From Phycisphaerae bacterium (lineage in GTDB: Bacteria > Planctomycetota > Phycisphaerae > Phycisphaerales > UBA1924): DNA of 64,000 nt. Each line of letters opens with the position of its first letter. Within the stretch, counting starts at the first letter, position 1. The stretch is from NCBI GenBank assembly GCA_002706885.1, contig PAKY01000024.1, positions 1,774 through 65,773 of the forward strand, written 5' to 3'. The notes beneath the pieces are model-generated. The model saw only the letters and a list, made by a program, of their open reading frames with translations. It did not search any database and was not told the DNA's origin. Made by a program: the position numbers and the translations under genes. Shown here piece by piece: positions 28,878 through 39,068 of this stretch.

Positions 28878-30296
28878 ATGTCCACCGTCACGCCCTCGAC
28901 CACCAAGGCATCGCAGTCCCCCGCGACGTCGGATTCCGCGCCGTCCGTCGCCGACGTCATGGAGCGGGATCCCGTCTTCGACGAACTGGGCTTCCCGACC
29001 GATCCGGACAACCTCTATCTCCAGGTCGTCGGGCAGATGCTCCGCGCCGCCGAGGTCATCGACCTCAAGCACCGCGTCCGCATCATCCTCGCCCAGCCCA
29101 AGAACGAGGTCATGGTGCACTTCCCCGTTCGCATGGACGACGGGCACCACAAGCTCTTCAAGGGCTACCGCGTCCAGCACAACAACGCCCTCGGCCCGTA
29201 CAAGGGTGGCATCCGATTCCACCAGGACGTCCACCTCGACGACGTCAAGGCGTTGTCGCTGCTCATGACCATGAAGACCGCGCTCGTCCGCGTGCCCTTC
29301 GGCGGCGGCAAGGGCGGCGTGAAGATCAACCCCCGTGAAGTCAGCCCCGCCGAGCTCGAGCGCGTGGCGCGCCGCTTCACCAGCGCCATCGCCCACATGA
29401 TCGGCCCCGACTACGACATCCCCGCGCCCGACGTCGGCACCAACGCCCAGATCATGGCGTGGATGGCCGATACCTACATGATGGGCATGGACTCCAATGC
29501 CCAGGACGGCCTCCGGATCGTCACGGGCAAGCCCGTCGAGTTCGGCGGCTCCGCGGGGCGTGAAAAGGCCACAGGCCAGGGCGTCGCCGACGTTCTCGCC
29601 GAGATGCTCCCGGGCATCGGCATCCCGCTGCAGGGCATGACCGTCGTGCTGCTCGGCTTCGGTAACGTGAATTCGTGGGCGGGCCGCATCCTCCAGGACA
29701 TGGGCGCCCGAATCGTCGCGGTCATGGACCACACCGGCGCCCTCCGCAACAGCGACGGCCTCGACTGCCGCGCGCTGGCCGAGTATTCGGAACGCCACGG
29801 CGGGATCCTCGGCTACGAGAAGGAGCCGACGCTCTCGGGCTCGGGCACGCGGAGCGAGCAGGGCGCAGAAGTTATCAGCGAGCAGGAGTTCTACTCCACC
29901 GCCTGCGACGTCTTCGTCCCGGGCGCCCTTGAGCAGATGATCAAGCCCAAGCAGGCCGCCCTGCTCAACTGCCGCGTCCTCGCCGAGGCCGCCAACGCCC
30001 CTTGCACGCCCGCGGGCGACCGCGTGCTTACCGAGAAGGGCATCGAGGTCATCCCCGCCATCCTCGCCAACTCGGGCGGCGTGACGGTGAGCTACTTCGA
30101 GTGGCTCCAGAACAAGAGCTCGGTCACCTGGGACGCCACCCACGTCGACCGTGAGCTGAACCGCCACATGTGCGTCGCCGCGCGTCGCACCCTCGCCGCG
30201 CGTCAGCGCTACGACTGCGACCTGCGCACCGCCGCGTTCGCCGCGGCGCTGGAGCAGATCGGCAAGGTCTACAAGCTCCGCGGCATCTTCCCGTAA
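28878..30296 (+). CDS. gdhA: NAD(P)-specific glutamate dehydrogenase
   Basis: GPYKGGIRFHQDVHLDDVKALSLLMTMKTALVRVPFGGGKGGV and Rossmann VVLLGFGNVNSWAG. Start ATG 28878; an alternative ATG is at 28959. Confidence 0.95.
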   Translation: MSTVTPSTTKASQSPATSDSAPSVADVMERDPVFDELGFPTDPDNLYLQVVGQMLRAAEVIDLKHRVRIILAQPKNEVMVHFPVRMDDGHHKLFKGYRVQHNNALGPYKGGIRFHQDVHLDDVKALSLLMTMKTALVRVPFGGGKGGVKINPREVSPAELERVARRFTSAIAHMIGPDYDIPAPDVGTNAQIMAWMADTYMMGMDSNAQDGLRIVTGKPVEFGGSAGREKATGQGVADVLAEMLPGIGIPLQGMTVVLLGFGNVNSWAGRILQDMGARIVAVMDHTGALRNSDGLDCRALAEYSERHGGILGYEKEPTLSGSGTRSEQGAEVISEQEFYSTACDVFVPGALEQMIKPKQAALLNCRVLAEAANAPCTPAGDRVLTEKGIEVIPAILANSGGVTVSYFEWLQNKSSVTWDATHVDRELNRHMCVAARRTLAARQRYDCDLRTAAFAAALEQIGKVYKLRGIFP

Positions 30297-30323
30297 GGGA
30301 AGCCACGGAGGCACGAAGGCACG

Positions 30324-30351
30324 AAGGGGGTCCGGTATCGGGCCCCCTTTT
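30324..30351 (+). terminator. rho-independent terminator of gdhA
   Basis: AAGGGGGTCC-ggtatc-GGGCCCCCTT followed by TTTTG, 28 nt after the stop at 30296. Confidence 0.65.
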
Positions 30352-30491
30352 GTATGCGCAAGCCCGAGCGCGATGTCGGACGTCGCTACGAAGCGATCAA
30401 ACACGGCCCACGCTCAGGCCCGCCGGTGCCCCTCCGGCGCGGCCGTACCAGAGCGAGTGTGCGACCGGAAGGTCGCTACGGAGCGCTAAAA

Positions 30492-31271
30492 TCAGGGATA
30501 GTCCTGGCGCGTGCCGCGGATAACCACGTCGCCGACGCAGACGCGCGCGGGGCGGGAGCAGGTGTAGACGAGCAGGTCGGCGATGTCCTCCGGCTCGAGG
30601 ACCGGGCCCATGCGGTCCATCACCTCGCCGAACCGACTCGGGTCGTATCCCGCGACGTGCTGGAACTCGCTCGTGACGATGCCCGGCTCGATGAGCGTCA
30701 CGCGGATGCCCTTCGGGGCGAGCTCGCGCCGCGTTGCTTCGGCGAGGCTGTTCACGGCGAACTTCGTCGCGCCGTACATCGAGCTGAACGGGCTGATGTG
30801 ACGGCCCACGGTCGAACCGATCACCACGATGTCCCTCGGACGCTGAGTCCAGTCGGCTCCGTCGAGGCGTTCGAGCTCCGCCGCCGCGATGCGGATGAGC
30901 TTCGACGCTCCGACGATATTCGTGCGGATCATCTCTTCCCACTCGCCCTCGTCGCTCGTCAGCACGCTCCCCGCGAGCCCGCGACCCGCGTTGACGACGA
31001 TGAGGTCCGCCCGCTTGTCGAAGTGGTCCGCCGCGGACTGGAGCATCATCTTGATGACCGTCTCGTCCGCGCAGTCGCCCGGCACACAGTGGGCCGTCTC
31101 GACGCCCATCTCCGTGTCGATCGATCGCTCGATCTTGCTGAGCACCTCCGCCCGCCGAGCATTGAGGATCATCTTCGACCCGGCCCGAGCGAACGCTCTG
31201 GCGCACGCCTCGCCGATGCCGGCGCTGGCGCCCGTGATGATGGCGACCCGGTCTTCGAGTGGTCTGGTCAT
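30492..31271 (-). CDS. short-chain dehydrogenase/reductase (SDR) family oxidoreductase
   Basis: Start ATG 31271 after GGGAGA. Cofactor motif ITGASAGIGEA, NNAG-like VVNAGRG, catalytic YGATKFAV. Confidence 0.92.
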   Translation of the reverse strand: MTRPLEDRVAIITGASAGIGEACARAFARAGSKMILNARRAEVLSKIERSIDTEMGVETAHCVPGDCADETVIKMMLQSAADHFDKRADLIVVNAGRGLAGSVLTSDEGEWEEMIRTNIVGASKLIRIAAAELERLDGADWTQRPRDIVVIGSTVGRHISPFSSMYGATKFAVNSLAEATRRELAPKGIRVTLIEPGIVTSEFQHVAGYDPSRFGEVMDRMGPVLEPEDIADLLVYTCSRPARVCVGDVVIRGTRQDYP

Positions 31272-31384
31272 GTCGCTCTCCCGCCTTGCTTCCAGGCAAG
31301 GCTGCGCCGAGACAAAGCATCGCCGCCACCCCATCGTGTCGGCGGTCGATCGTAACCCGATATTTCCGCGCCAATCATCCGGTC

Positions 31385-32290
31385 ATGATCGGCTCCCACC
31401 TCTCCATCGCTGGCTCGATGTCCAACGCCCTCCACGAGGCCGAATCGCTCGGTCTCGACACTGTGCAGGTCTTCACCAAGAGCCAGAAGCAATGGAAGGC
31501 AAAGCCGCTCGATCCGGGCGCCGTCAGCGAGTGGCGGAGCGAGGTCGATCGCCTCGGGTGGCAGGGACGCACCGTCACCCATGCGAGCTACCTCGTGAAC
31601 CTCGCGAGCCCCGACGACGAGCTCTGGGAGAAGTCGATTGGCCTGATGCGAGTGGAGATCGAACGCTGCGAGGAACTCGGCATTCCGTTCCTCGTCCACC
31701 ACCCCGGCGCCTACACCACCTCCGACGCCGAGACCGGCCTTCGCCGCATCGCCGACGCTTACAAGCGCGTCATGAAAGACACCGAGGGCTTCGCGACCGT
31801 GTGCTGCCTCGAGAACACCGTCGGCTCCGGGAGCAACCTCGGACGGACATTCGAGGAACTCGCCGAGCTCCGTTCGCTCATCATCGAACGAACGGGAGAA
31901 CCCGATCGCGTCGGGTTCTGCTTCGACACCTGCCACGCCCACGCGGGCGGCTACGACCTCGGTACGCGCGAGGGCGGCGAGGCCACGCTCAACGCCTTCG
32001 ACGAGCTCTGCGGCCTCGAGCATCTGCGCGTCCTGCACATGAACGACTCGCTCGCCGACTTCGACAGCCGCCGCGACCGACACGCCCACATCGGTGAGGG
32101 AACCATCGGACGCCCGCCGGGTCGGAAGTCGCAGGCTCTGAAGGCGAGCGGCTTCGCGGCGGTGATGAACCGCGCCGAACTCGCCGATCGCCCGAAGATC
32201 CTCGAAACGCCCAAGGGCGAGGACGAACGGGGCAACCCGCTCGACGCGAAGAACATACGACGCCTCCGCGCCTTGGTCGGCGCCTCCTGA
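31385..32290 (+). CDS. nfo: deoxyribonuclease IV (endonuclease IV)
   Basis: Start ATG 31385 (MIGSHLSIAGSM..LGLDTVQVFTKSQKQW). Also FLVHHPGAY, CLENTVG, FDTCHAHAGGYD, LHMNDS, DRHAHIGEG. Confidence 0.93.
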   Translation: MIGSHLSIAGSMSNALHEAESLGLDTVQVFTKSQKQWKAKPLDPGAVSEWRSEVDRLGWQGRTVTHASYLVNLASPDDELWEKSIGLMRVEIERCEELGIPFLVHHPGAYTTSDAETGLRRIADAYKRVMKDTEGFATVCCLENTVGSGSNLGRTFEELAELRSLIIERTGEPDRVGFCFDTCHAHAGGYDLGTREGGEATLNAFDELCGLEHLRVLHMNDSLADFDSRRDRHAHIGEGTIGRPPGRKSQALKASGFAAVMNRAELADRPKILETPKGEDERGNPLDAKNIRRLRALVGAS

Positions 32291-32361
32291 ATCGGGTATC
32301 GTGAACATTCGCCCGCTGGCCGCGAGACCGTTGTGGCGAACTTTCCGCGTCCGTACCGAGA

Positions 32362-33486
32362 ATGGACACTGAGGCCTCGAACGGGCGTCGGCCCGCCCCC
32401 GCGGGCGTCAGAGATGGGACCACCAGCTTGCGCGACCACCGGCACATCACCCCGCTCGCCCTCGTTCTCACGCTCTCATGCGGCCTGGCGCTCCCGGGCT
32501 GCTCGTTCGTCCCGAACGGCGACTCGAGCGGTGACACCGATGGCTACGCCGAGGGCCCGCCCCTCGAGTCGGAGCGGCGCGAACAGCGACGCCCCGGCAC
32601 GCGACAGGAACGCGCCGACGCCGCGATGGAGCGAGCCGCCGAGATGCGGACCGGCTCGCCCGAGGCCGCGCTCGCCGAGTTCGAGCGCGCCATCGAGCTC
32701 AACCCGACCATGACCGTCGCCTACCTCGGCGCGGGCGACATCTACCGCGAGCGAGGCGACTACGCCCTCGCCGAGAACCGTTACGGCGCCGCGGCGAGGC
32801 TCGAGCCCCGCAACTTCGACGCCCAGTACAACCACGGTCTCGTCCTTCAACTCCTCGACCGCGTCACCGAATCGATCCGAGCTTACCTCCGAGCGCTCTC
32901 GATCCGCGAGGACGACTTCAACGCCAACCTCAACCTCGCGACCGCATATCTCCAGCTCGGCGAGCCGACGCAGGCGCGCCCATTCGCCGAGCGTGCGGTG
33001 CGTCTCGACCCTAACAGCGGACCGGCCCGCGCCAACCTTGGTTCGGTCTACGCCGCGCTCGGTGAGCACGGCGTCGCCGTCATCGAATACCAGCAGGCCG
33101 CCGAGCGGATGAAGCTCACGCCCGAGCTCCTCCTCAACCTCGCCGACGCCCTCGGACAGACCGAACGCTACGAGGAAATGGCCGCCACGCTCGACCAGCT
33201 CATCCGCCTCGAGCCAAGCGCCGTCGCCTACGAACGCCTCGGCGCCGCCCGCTTCCGCCTCCGTCAGTACGACGCCGCGCTCGAAGCGTTCCAATCCGCG
33301 ACCGAGCTCGATCCCTCGCACTACCCAGCCTGGAACGGCGTCGGGGTGTGCCTCCTCAATCGCTTCGTCTGGTCGGGCAAGCAGGACCGCGACGCCCAGC
33401 GCGAAGCCGTCGGCGCTCTCCGCCGGAGCCTCCGCATTGAGCCGGGCCAGACCAAAATCGTCGAACTCGTCCGCCGCTACGGCTGA
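32362..33486 (+). CDS. TPR-repeat lipoprotein
   Basis: Lipobox LALPGCS. Multiple TPR units (AYLGAGDIYRERGDYALAENRYGAAARLEP, AQYNHGLVLQLL.., ANLGSVYAALGEHGVAVIEYQQA). Confidence 0.85.
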   Translation: MDTEASNGRRPAPAGVRDGTTSLRDHRHITPLALVLTLSCGLALPGCSFVPNGDSSGDTDGYAEGPPLESERREQRRPGTRQERADAAMERAAEMRTGSPEAALAEFERAIELNPTMTVAYLGAGDIYRERGDYALAENRYGAAARLEPRNFDAQYNHGLVLQLLDRVTESIRAYLRALSIREDDFNANLNLATAYLQLGEPTQARPFAERAVRLDPNSGPARANLGSVYAALGEHGVAVIEYQQAAERMKLTPELLLNLADALGQTERYEEMAATLDQLIRLEPSAVAYERLGAARFRLRQYDAALEAFQSATELDPSHYPAWNGVGVCLLNRFVWSGKQDRDAQREAVGALRRSLRIEPGQTKIVELVRRYG

Positions 33487-34913
33487 GCCGCGGCCTTCGC
33501 CCGCTCGAGCGTCTGCGCGAGCACCGGATCCGTCGTCGCGAGATCCGCAGGGTCCGTCTCGATCACGACGTCCGGCTCGATCCCGATGCCTTCCAGCGGA
33601 TGGCCCTCCGCATCGAGCGCGATCCAACTCGGAACGTACATCAGGATGCCGCCACCGACCCGCACAGGCTGCGGATTCCCGGATGACCCAGCCGTCCGCT
33701 CGCCGACGAGTTCCGCGCCCGCCGCTCGCATCATCAGGCAGAAGCCCTCACACGAACTCATCGTCGTCGGTCCGACGAGGACGTATACCCGCCGCGGTCG
33801 CGTCGCCGTCGTCTCGTGCGGCTCCAACACCGCGTCGAGCGGCTCCGAGATCTCGCCCGTCGCCGGATCGATATGCCGCCGCTTCGCGTACACGACCGGC
33901 GCCGTGACGAACGCCCCCGCAAAGCGCGCCGCCTCCGCTTCCGCCCCGCCTCCGTTCGGACGGACGTCGATGATCAGCGACCCCACATCCTCCAGCGACT
34001 CGAGCGCCGCGAGCGCAGCCTCGCCCGTGCTCGCCCCCCACACCGGGATGAGGATGTACCCAACGTCCGGCCCAATGTTCGCCGAGATCACCCCGCGCCC
34101 GTGCTGCTCAACCGCCGGCCCGACGACCGAGCCCACGGCGCGCCCCTCGAAGTTCGTCGTCAGATCGCGCCGCCGCTCCCGCCGCTCGCGCCAGTCGTTC
34201 GGCAGCGTCAACGACCTCGCCTTGACCCAGAGGTGGGGGTCCTCAGCAGGAGCCACCATCTCTGAAACGAGCGCAGCAAACCGCAGCGAACTGTCAACCT
34301 CACGAAGCTTCGGCTCGTACGCCGCGAGACGCGTTTTCCAGTCGATCCCGAGCCGATCGCGATAGCTGTACCGCCGAAGCAACGCGTCGCGCAGACGCTC
34401 GATCCCGATCTCCTTGACGTGCGTCGGCATCGGCCATTCGCGCGTCGAGAACACGAGCGGCATCGGGATCGCCGGCGCGCCGTCCGCGCCGCGGAAGTTG
34501 TCAAAGCGCGTCGAATTGATCGCGAGCTGATAGTCGCTGTCGGGACGGAGCCTGACAGGAAGCGCCGCCGTCCGGTCATCGATCCACGTCGGCTCGCCCG
34601 CAAGCTCCGGAAACAACTCGCCACCACCAACCCAAGAGTGTGATCCGACCGTCATCGGACGATCGAACGTCACCACGATCTGCGCGAGATCGATCGCGAC
34701 ACCGTCCTCCCCGTGCTCGGGCTCGGTCGACACCACCCGCGGTCGATCCGACGCCGGATTCGCCGCGTCCTCTGCAATCGCTTTCGCCTCTCCGTTGTCG
34801 GCGTCGTGCTCGCCCGGTCGAGGCGGTCCCGCTTCATCGGGGCTGGCGAAGGACATCAACGCGACGATCGAGATCGCGACGGCTTCGTGAAGAAACATGC
34901 CCCAGCATCCCAC
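33477..34913 (-). CDS. S41-family peptidase with N-terminal Ig-like (SbsA-type) domain
   Basis: LIIDVRPNGGGAEAEAARFAGAF and VYVLVGPTTMSSCEGFCLMM (S41 core). N-terminal VVSTEPEHGEDGV..IVVTFDRPM. Start GTG 34913 or ATG 34898. The 3' end overlaps the TPR gene by 10 nt (convergent). Confidence 0.8.
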   Translation of the reverse strand: MGCWGMFLHEAVAISIVALMSFASPDEAGPPRPGEHDADNGEAKAIAEDAANPASDRPRVVSTEPEHGEDGVAIDLAQIVVTFDRPMTVGSHSWVGGGELFPELAGEPTWIDDRTAALPVRLRPDSDYQLAINSTRFDNFRGADGAPAIPMPLVFSTREWPMPTHVKEIGIERLRDALLRRYSYRDRLGIDWKTRLAAYEPKLREVDSSLRFAALVSEMVAPAEDPHLWVKARSLTLPNDWRERRERRRDLTTNFEGRAVGSVVGPAVEQHGRGVISANIGPDVGYILIPVWGASTGEAALAALESLEDVGSLIIDVRPNGGGAEAEAARFAGAFVTAPVVYAKRRHIDPATGEISEPLDAVLEPHETTATRPRRVYVLVGPTTMSSCEGFCLMMRAAGAELVGERTAGSSGNPQPVRVGGGILMYVPSWIALDAEGHPLEGIGIEPDVVIETDPADLATTDPVLAQTLERAKAAAQP

Positions 34914-34975
34914 ACGGCGCTCGCCCTCGCAAGCCGGTACGGGTTACCCTGCCGCGTCGGACAGGAGATAGACCC

Positions 34976-36082
34976 ATGCGGATCGGTGTTCCCAAGGAAA
35001 TCAAGCGTGACGAGCACCGCGTGGGCCTCCGCCCCGTCGGCGTCGAAGTCCTCAAGGCCTCGGGCCACGACGTGATGATCGAGCGCGGCGCCGGCGTCGG
35101 ATCGGGACTCACCGATGAGCTCTATCAGGCCGCCGGAGCGACCATCATCGACGATCCCGACACGCTCTGGGCCCAGTCCGAGATGATCATCAAGGTCAAG
35201 GAGCCCCAGGCGATCGAGTACCCGCGCATGCGCTCGGGGCAGGTCGTCTTCACCTACTTCCACTTCGCCGCCGACCGCGAACTCACCCTCGCCGCGCTCG
35301 AGCGAGGCGTCACCGCTGTCGCCTACGAGACCCTCACCGCCCCCGGCCCCAACGGGACCGTCACCCTCCCTCTCCTCACCCCGATGAGCGAGATCGCGGG
35401 CCGCATGGCGACCCAGGAAGGCGCCAAGTACCTCGAGAAGCCCTTCGGCGGCGCGGGCGTCCTGCTCGGCGGCGTCCCGGGCGTCGAGCCCGGAAACGTC
35501 CTCGTCATCGGCGGCGGCGTCGTCGGCTACAACGCCGCGACCATCGCCTACGGCATGGGCGCCCACGTCGCCGTCATGGACATCGACATCGATCAGATGC
35601 GCCGCCTCGGCAGCGTCATGCCGCGTCAGCTCATCACCGTCTATTCCGACCCCGAAGCCGTGCGCGAGTACCTCGCTTGGGCCGATCTCGTCATCGGCGC
35701 GGTCCTCGTCGCGGGCGCGAAGGCCCCCCGTCTGATCACCCGCGAGCACCTCGCCCTCATGAAGCCAGGCTCCGTCATCGTCGACGTCGCCATCGACCAG
35801 GGTGGCTGCGCCGAGACCAGCCGCGTCACGACCCACACCGACCCCGTCTACGAGGTCGACGGCGTCATGCACTACTGCGTTGGCAACATGCCCGGCGCCG
35901 TCGCTCGCACCAGCACATGGGCCCTCACCAACGCCACGCTCCCCTGGGCCGAACGCATCGCCACCCGCGGCTGGGAAACGCTCGCGGACCGGGACGAGCA
36001 CTTCCGAGCCGCCGTCAACACGCACGCCGGCAAGCTCCTCAACGAGCCCGTCGCCCGCGCCCACGGCCTCAACGTCGGCTGA
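34976..36082 (+). CDS. ald: alanine dehydrogenase
   Basis: Start ATG 34976 after AGGAGA ([20 protein letters not shown]). Also [25 protein letters not shown]. Confidence 0.96.
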   Translation: MRIGVPKEIKRDEHRVGLRPVGVEVLKASGHDVMIERGAGVGSGLTDELYQAAGATIIDDPDTLWAQSEMIIKVKEPQAIEYPRMRSGQVVFTYFHFAADRELTLAALERGVTAVAYETLTAPGPNGTVTLPLLTPMSEIAGRMATQEGAKYLEKPFGGAGVLLGGVPGVEPGNVLVIGGGVVGYNAATIAYGMGAHVAVMDIDIDQMRRLGSVMPRQLITVYSDPEAVREYLAWADLVIGAVLVAGAKAPRLITREHLALMKPGSVIVDVAIDQGGCAETSRVTTHTDPVYEVDGVMHYCVGNMPGAVARTSTWALTNATLPWAERIATRGWETLADRDEHFRAAVNTHAGKLLNEPVARAHGLNVG

Positions 36083-36086
36083 TTCC

Positions 36087-37430
36087 ATGCGCCGTGTGAT
36101 GCACATCGTCGGTCTTGCCCTCGCGGCGTTCATCGGCATCGCTTCCGCCGCCGCCCCCACGCCGCCCGACGTCGAGCCCACCCCGCGGTCCGACGCCGCC
36201 GAGACCGCCGACGCCGACCAACCCGCGGAGACTGTCGAGCGGCAGGACGCCGCGCGCCAGTCGCTCGAGGCCGTCCGCGGCCTGACCGACGCAGAGGTCG
36301 AGATCAAGGGCTCGACCGCAGTCCTGACCGGAACCGCCAACGATCCGGCCGTCGCCGAGCGCGCGGAAGAGATCGTGCGGTCCACCACGGGCGCCGCGTC
36401 CATCGACAACCGCATCGAACTCACCAACAACGTCGGCGAGCGCATCGAGGGCGCGACCGACCGCGTCGGCGACACTTTCGACCGCTGGATCGCCTACCTG
36501 CCCCTTCTCCCGATCGCGGGTGCTGTGCTTGCGATCTTCGTCGTGCTCGCGTGGGCGGTGGGGCTCTGGCGGTGGCCGTTCCGCCGGTTCGCCGCAAACG
36601 AGTTCCTCAGCGACATCGCCCGCCGGATGACCCAGGCCGCGATCGTCCTCGTCGGCCTCCTCCTCGCCCTCGAGATCCTCAACGCGATGGCCCTGGTCGG
36701 CGGCGTGCTCGGAGCCGCCGGTGTCGCGGGCATCGCCATCGGCTTCGCGTTCCGCGACCTCGTCGAGAACTACATCGCGAGCATCCTGCTCTCGATCCGC
36801 CAGCCCTTCCGCCCGCGCGACCACGTCGTTATCGACGGTCACGAGGGCCTCGTCACCGCGATGAACTCGCGCACGACCGTCCTCACCACCTTCGACGGCA
36901 ACGTCGTCCGCATCCCCAACGCCACGGTCTTCAAGACCACGCTCGTCAACTACAGCACCGACAGCCGCAGGCGATTCTCGTTCGAAGTCGGCGTCGGATA
37001 CGACGTCGACCTCGCGACCGCGCTCGAGGTCGGCGTCGAGACGCTCCGCGCCACCGACGGCGTGATGGCCGACCCCGCCCCCTTCGCGATCGTGACGAAG
37101 CTCGGCGATTCCAGCATCACCGTGCAGCTCTTCGCATGGGTCGACCAGTCGAAGAGCGACTTCGGCAAAGTCCGCAGCGTCGCGATGCAGCGCGTGAAGA
37201 GCGAGTTCGACACCCGCGACATCGACATGCCCGAGCCGATCTACACCGTCAAGCTCGCCCGCCCGTCGCGCGAATCCGCGGCAGGCGGCCCCGCCGCTGA
37301 ACCGGCGTCGAGCCCCGCGAGCGAACCGACGCAGGACGTCGCTCGCGACGACACGGCCGAGACGTTCGCCGACCTCGCCGAGGGCGCCTCGGGCGCCAAC
37401 CTCCTCGACGACGACGCCAAGCTCGAATAG
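36087..37430 (+). CDS. mechanosensitive ion channel (MscS family) with N-terminal BON domain
   Basis: Start ATG 36087 (MRRVMHIVGLALAAFIGIASA). BON VEIKGSTAVLTGTANDPAVAERAEEIV. MscS core RPRDHVVIDGHEGLVTAMNSRTTVLTTFDGNVVRIPNATVF. Confidence 0.88.
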   Translation: MRRVMHIVGLALAAFIGIASAAAPTPPDVEPTPRSDAAETADADQPAETVERQDAARQSLEAVRGLTDAEVEIKGSTAVLTGTANDPAVAERAEEIVRSTTGAASIDNRIELTNNVGERIEGATDRVGDTFDRWIAYLPLLPIAGAVLAIFVVLAWAVGLWRWPFRRFAANEFLSDIARRMTQAAIVLVGLLLALEILNAMALVGGVLGAAGVAGIAIGFAFRDLVENYIASILLSIRQPFRPRDHVVIDGHEGLVTAMNSRTTVLTTFDGNVVRIPNATVFKTTLVNYSTDSRRRFSFEVGVGYDVDLATALEVGVETLRATDGVMADPAPFAIVTKLGDSSITVQLFAWVDQSKSDFGKVRSVAMQRVKSEFDTRDIDMPEPIYTVKLARPSRESAAGGPAAEPASSPASEPTQDVARDDTAETFADLAEGASGANLLDDDAKLE

Positions 37431-37454
37431 ATCACCTCCGGCGCCAATGAAAAC

Positions 37455-37474
37455 CGCCCCGCGCGGGCGGGGCG
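37455..37474 (-). terminator. GC-rich hairpin, probable terminator of 37506..38264
   Basis: CGCCCCGC-gcgg-GCGGGGCG, flanked by an A4 run on the plus strand (U-tract for the minus transcript). Confidence 0.5.
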
Positions 37475-37505
37475 ATCGGAGAAGAGCAGGCTGTGCGATC
37501 GTCGA

Positions 37506-38264
37506 TCAGGCGCGGCGACGACGGGTGACGAGAAGGCCGAGACCCGCGCTGCCGAGAAGGGCCGAGGTCGGCGTCGGAACCACCGTCATCTGAAGGTTGT
37601 TGAAGTCGCCGAACGAACCCGCGATCGTCGAGCCGTCGGCGCTGTGCACCACGTAGTTCGTGATCGCGACCGCGTCCGAGTCGCCCACGAGATCCGAGAA
37701 CCGGACCCACGAGCCGTACACGTTCTCGAAGCTCGTCGCGAAGCCGTCGGTGTTCTCCTGCGTCCAGGAGAAGTCGATGCCGAAGCTCGTGTGCGCCGCA
37801 AGCACATCGCCCACATCGCAGGTCTGGATGCCGTCGTTCGTGCGCTCGCCGAGGCCCGAGTCCTGGTTGAAGTCGTCCTGCACCTCGAGCGTCGCGTCGT
37901 GATTGAACATCACGTTGCCCGTCACGGTCGAGTGCTGGTTGCCGCCGATGCCGTCGTTCGCGACGAAGAACAGCGAGAGGTCACCGCCGCCGTGATCGAC
38001 GAAGAACAGGTTGATCGCGTCGTTCACGAGCCGAGACGGGCTGAACGCCGAGCCGCCGCGATACTCGGCGCCGCCGAGGTTGTACTCGCTCACCGCGTTC
38101 GTCCCGGGGGCGCTGAACGCGGTGATGTACCCCTCAAGGTTGCCCTGCCCCTGGAAGCCGCTCCCGGGGTTCTGGGTGGTCGAATCGACCTGGATGCGGG
38201 TCGAGCCGGCAAACGCGGCGGCCGAAGCGGCGGCGATAGCGACGATGGCAGCGGTGGTCTTCAT
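37506..38264 (-). CDS. secreted protein with PEP-CTERM-like tail
   Basis: Start ATG 38264 after AGAGGAGAGAG (MKTTAAIVAIAAASAAAFAG). C-terminus TVVPTPTSALLGSAGLGLLVTRRRRA-stop. Confidence 0.82.
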   Translation of the reverse strand: MKTTAAIVAIAAASAAAFAGSTRIQVDSTTQNPGSGFQGQGNLEGYITAFSAPGTNAVSEYNLGGAEYRGGSAFSPSRLVNDAINLFFVDHGGGDLSLFFVANDGIGGNQHSTVTGNVMFNHDATLEVQDDFNQDSGLGERTNDGIQTCDVGDVLAAHTSFGIDFSWTQENTDGFATSFENVYGSWVRFSDLVGDSDAVAITNYVVHSADGSTIAGSFGDFNNLQMTVVPTPTSALLGSAGLGLLVTRRRRA

Positions 38265-38489
38265 GCTCTCTCTCCTCTGGTCTGCGGTTGTGGCCGGCGC
38301 CAAGACATGGGTCTGACACCGTGAGCGTCCCCGTCAAGGGAGCGATCGAAAGGTACTCCGAGAGCGGGGGGCGGCAACACAAGTCATTGCCGGTCATCAG
38401 GTTGAAGACCGTTTCGAGGTATTCGGACCCGCGCGACCCACCCCGGACGCCCATGCAGACCTCGCCGCGACCCCGACCTATCGTCGCGC

Positions 38490-38882
38490 ATGCCCGACCC
38501 CGCCCTTCTCGAATACTTCCCGACGCCGATCACCAGCCCCGACGCCGCGCCGATCGTCATTGAACACACGAGCGACGAGTTCACGAGCGTCTGCCCGAAG
38601 ACCGGTCACCCGGACTTTGGCTCGGTGACGCTCCGCTACCAGCCCGCCGCGGCCCCGGACGGGGTTTGTGTGGAACTCAAGAGCCTCAAGCTCTACTACC
38701 AGAGCTTCCGCAACGAGGGCATCTTCTATGAGGCCGTCACCCACGCCATCGCGGAAACCCTCAACGGCCAGATGAAGCCCGCCTGGCTCCAACTCATCAC
38801 CGACTGGAAGGGCCGCGGCGGCATCCGCAGCGTCATCCGCGCCGAGCACGGTGACGTGCCACAGGAGTGGCGAGGCCGCTGA
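38490..38882 (+). CDS. queF: NADPH-dependent 7-cyano-7-deazaguanine (preQ0) reductase
   Basis: EFTSVCPKTGHPDFGSVTLRYQP, ELKSLKLYYQSFRNEGIFYE (type-I QueF motifs). Confidence 0.93.
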   Translation: MPDPALLEYFPTPITSPDAAPIVIEHTSDEFTSVCPKTGHPDFGSVTLRYQPAAAPDGVCVELKSLKLYYQSFRNEGIFYEAVTHAIAETLNGQMKPAWLQLITDWKGRGGIRSVIRAEHGDVPQEWRGR

Positions 38883-39068
38883 AACCGCTGGAACGACCGA
38901 TAACCCGCGCCGGAACTCGATCGGGGCGTCCGCCGCACCTTTCTCTCAGACAACTTCAGAAACGGGGTGCATTCGCCGAGATCGGTGGCACCGTTCTCTC
39001 GCCGAGAACCGGTGTCGGCGGACGCTGTTGTGGTGCGTCCGTTGTGTGAGACGAATGGAGTTGAAGAG

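Noticed and set aside
28602-30404. 600-aa ORF on the minus strand
   Set aside because: It is antisense to glutamate dehydrogenase (clear GGGKGG and Rossmann motifs on the plus strand). The composition is Gly/Ala/Arg/Val/Asp junk.
34640-34975. N-terminal extensions of the ald ORF (from 34640) and the MscS ORF (from 35802)
   Set aside because: The extensions overlap neighbouring genes, are Arg/Pro/Ser-rich, and the conserved protein N-termini ([10 protein letters not shown]; the signal-like MRRVMHIVGLALAAF) start at internal ATGs with good RBS context.
38265-38489. Possible preQ1 riboswitch in front of queF
   Set aside because: I could not find the short P1 stem followed by the A-rich tail (..CCC..AAAAAACUA..) of preQ1-I, nor anything resembling classes II or III. 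The region is GC-rich and serves as a divergent promoter region.
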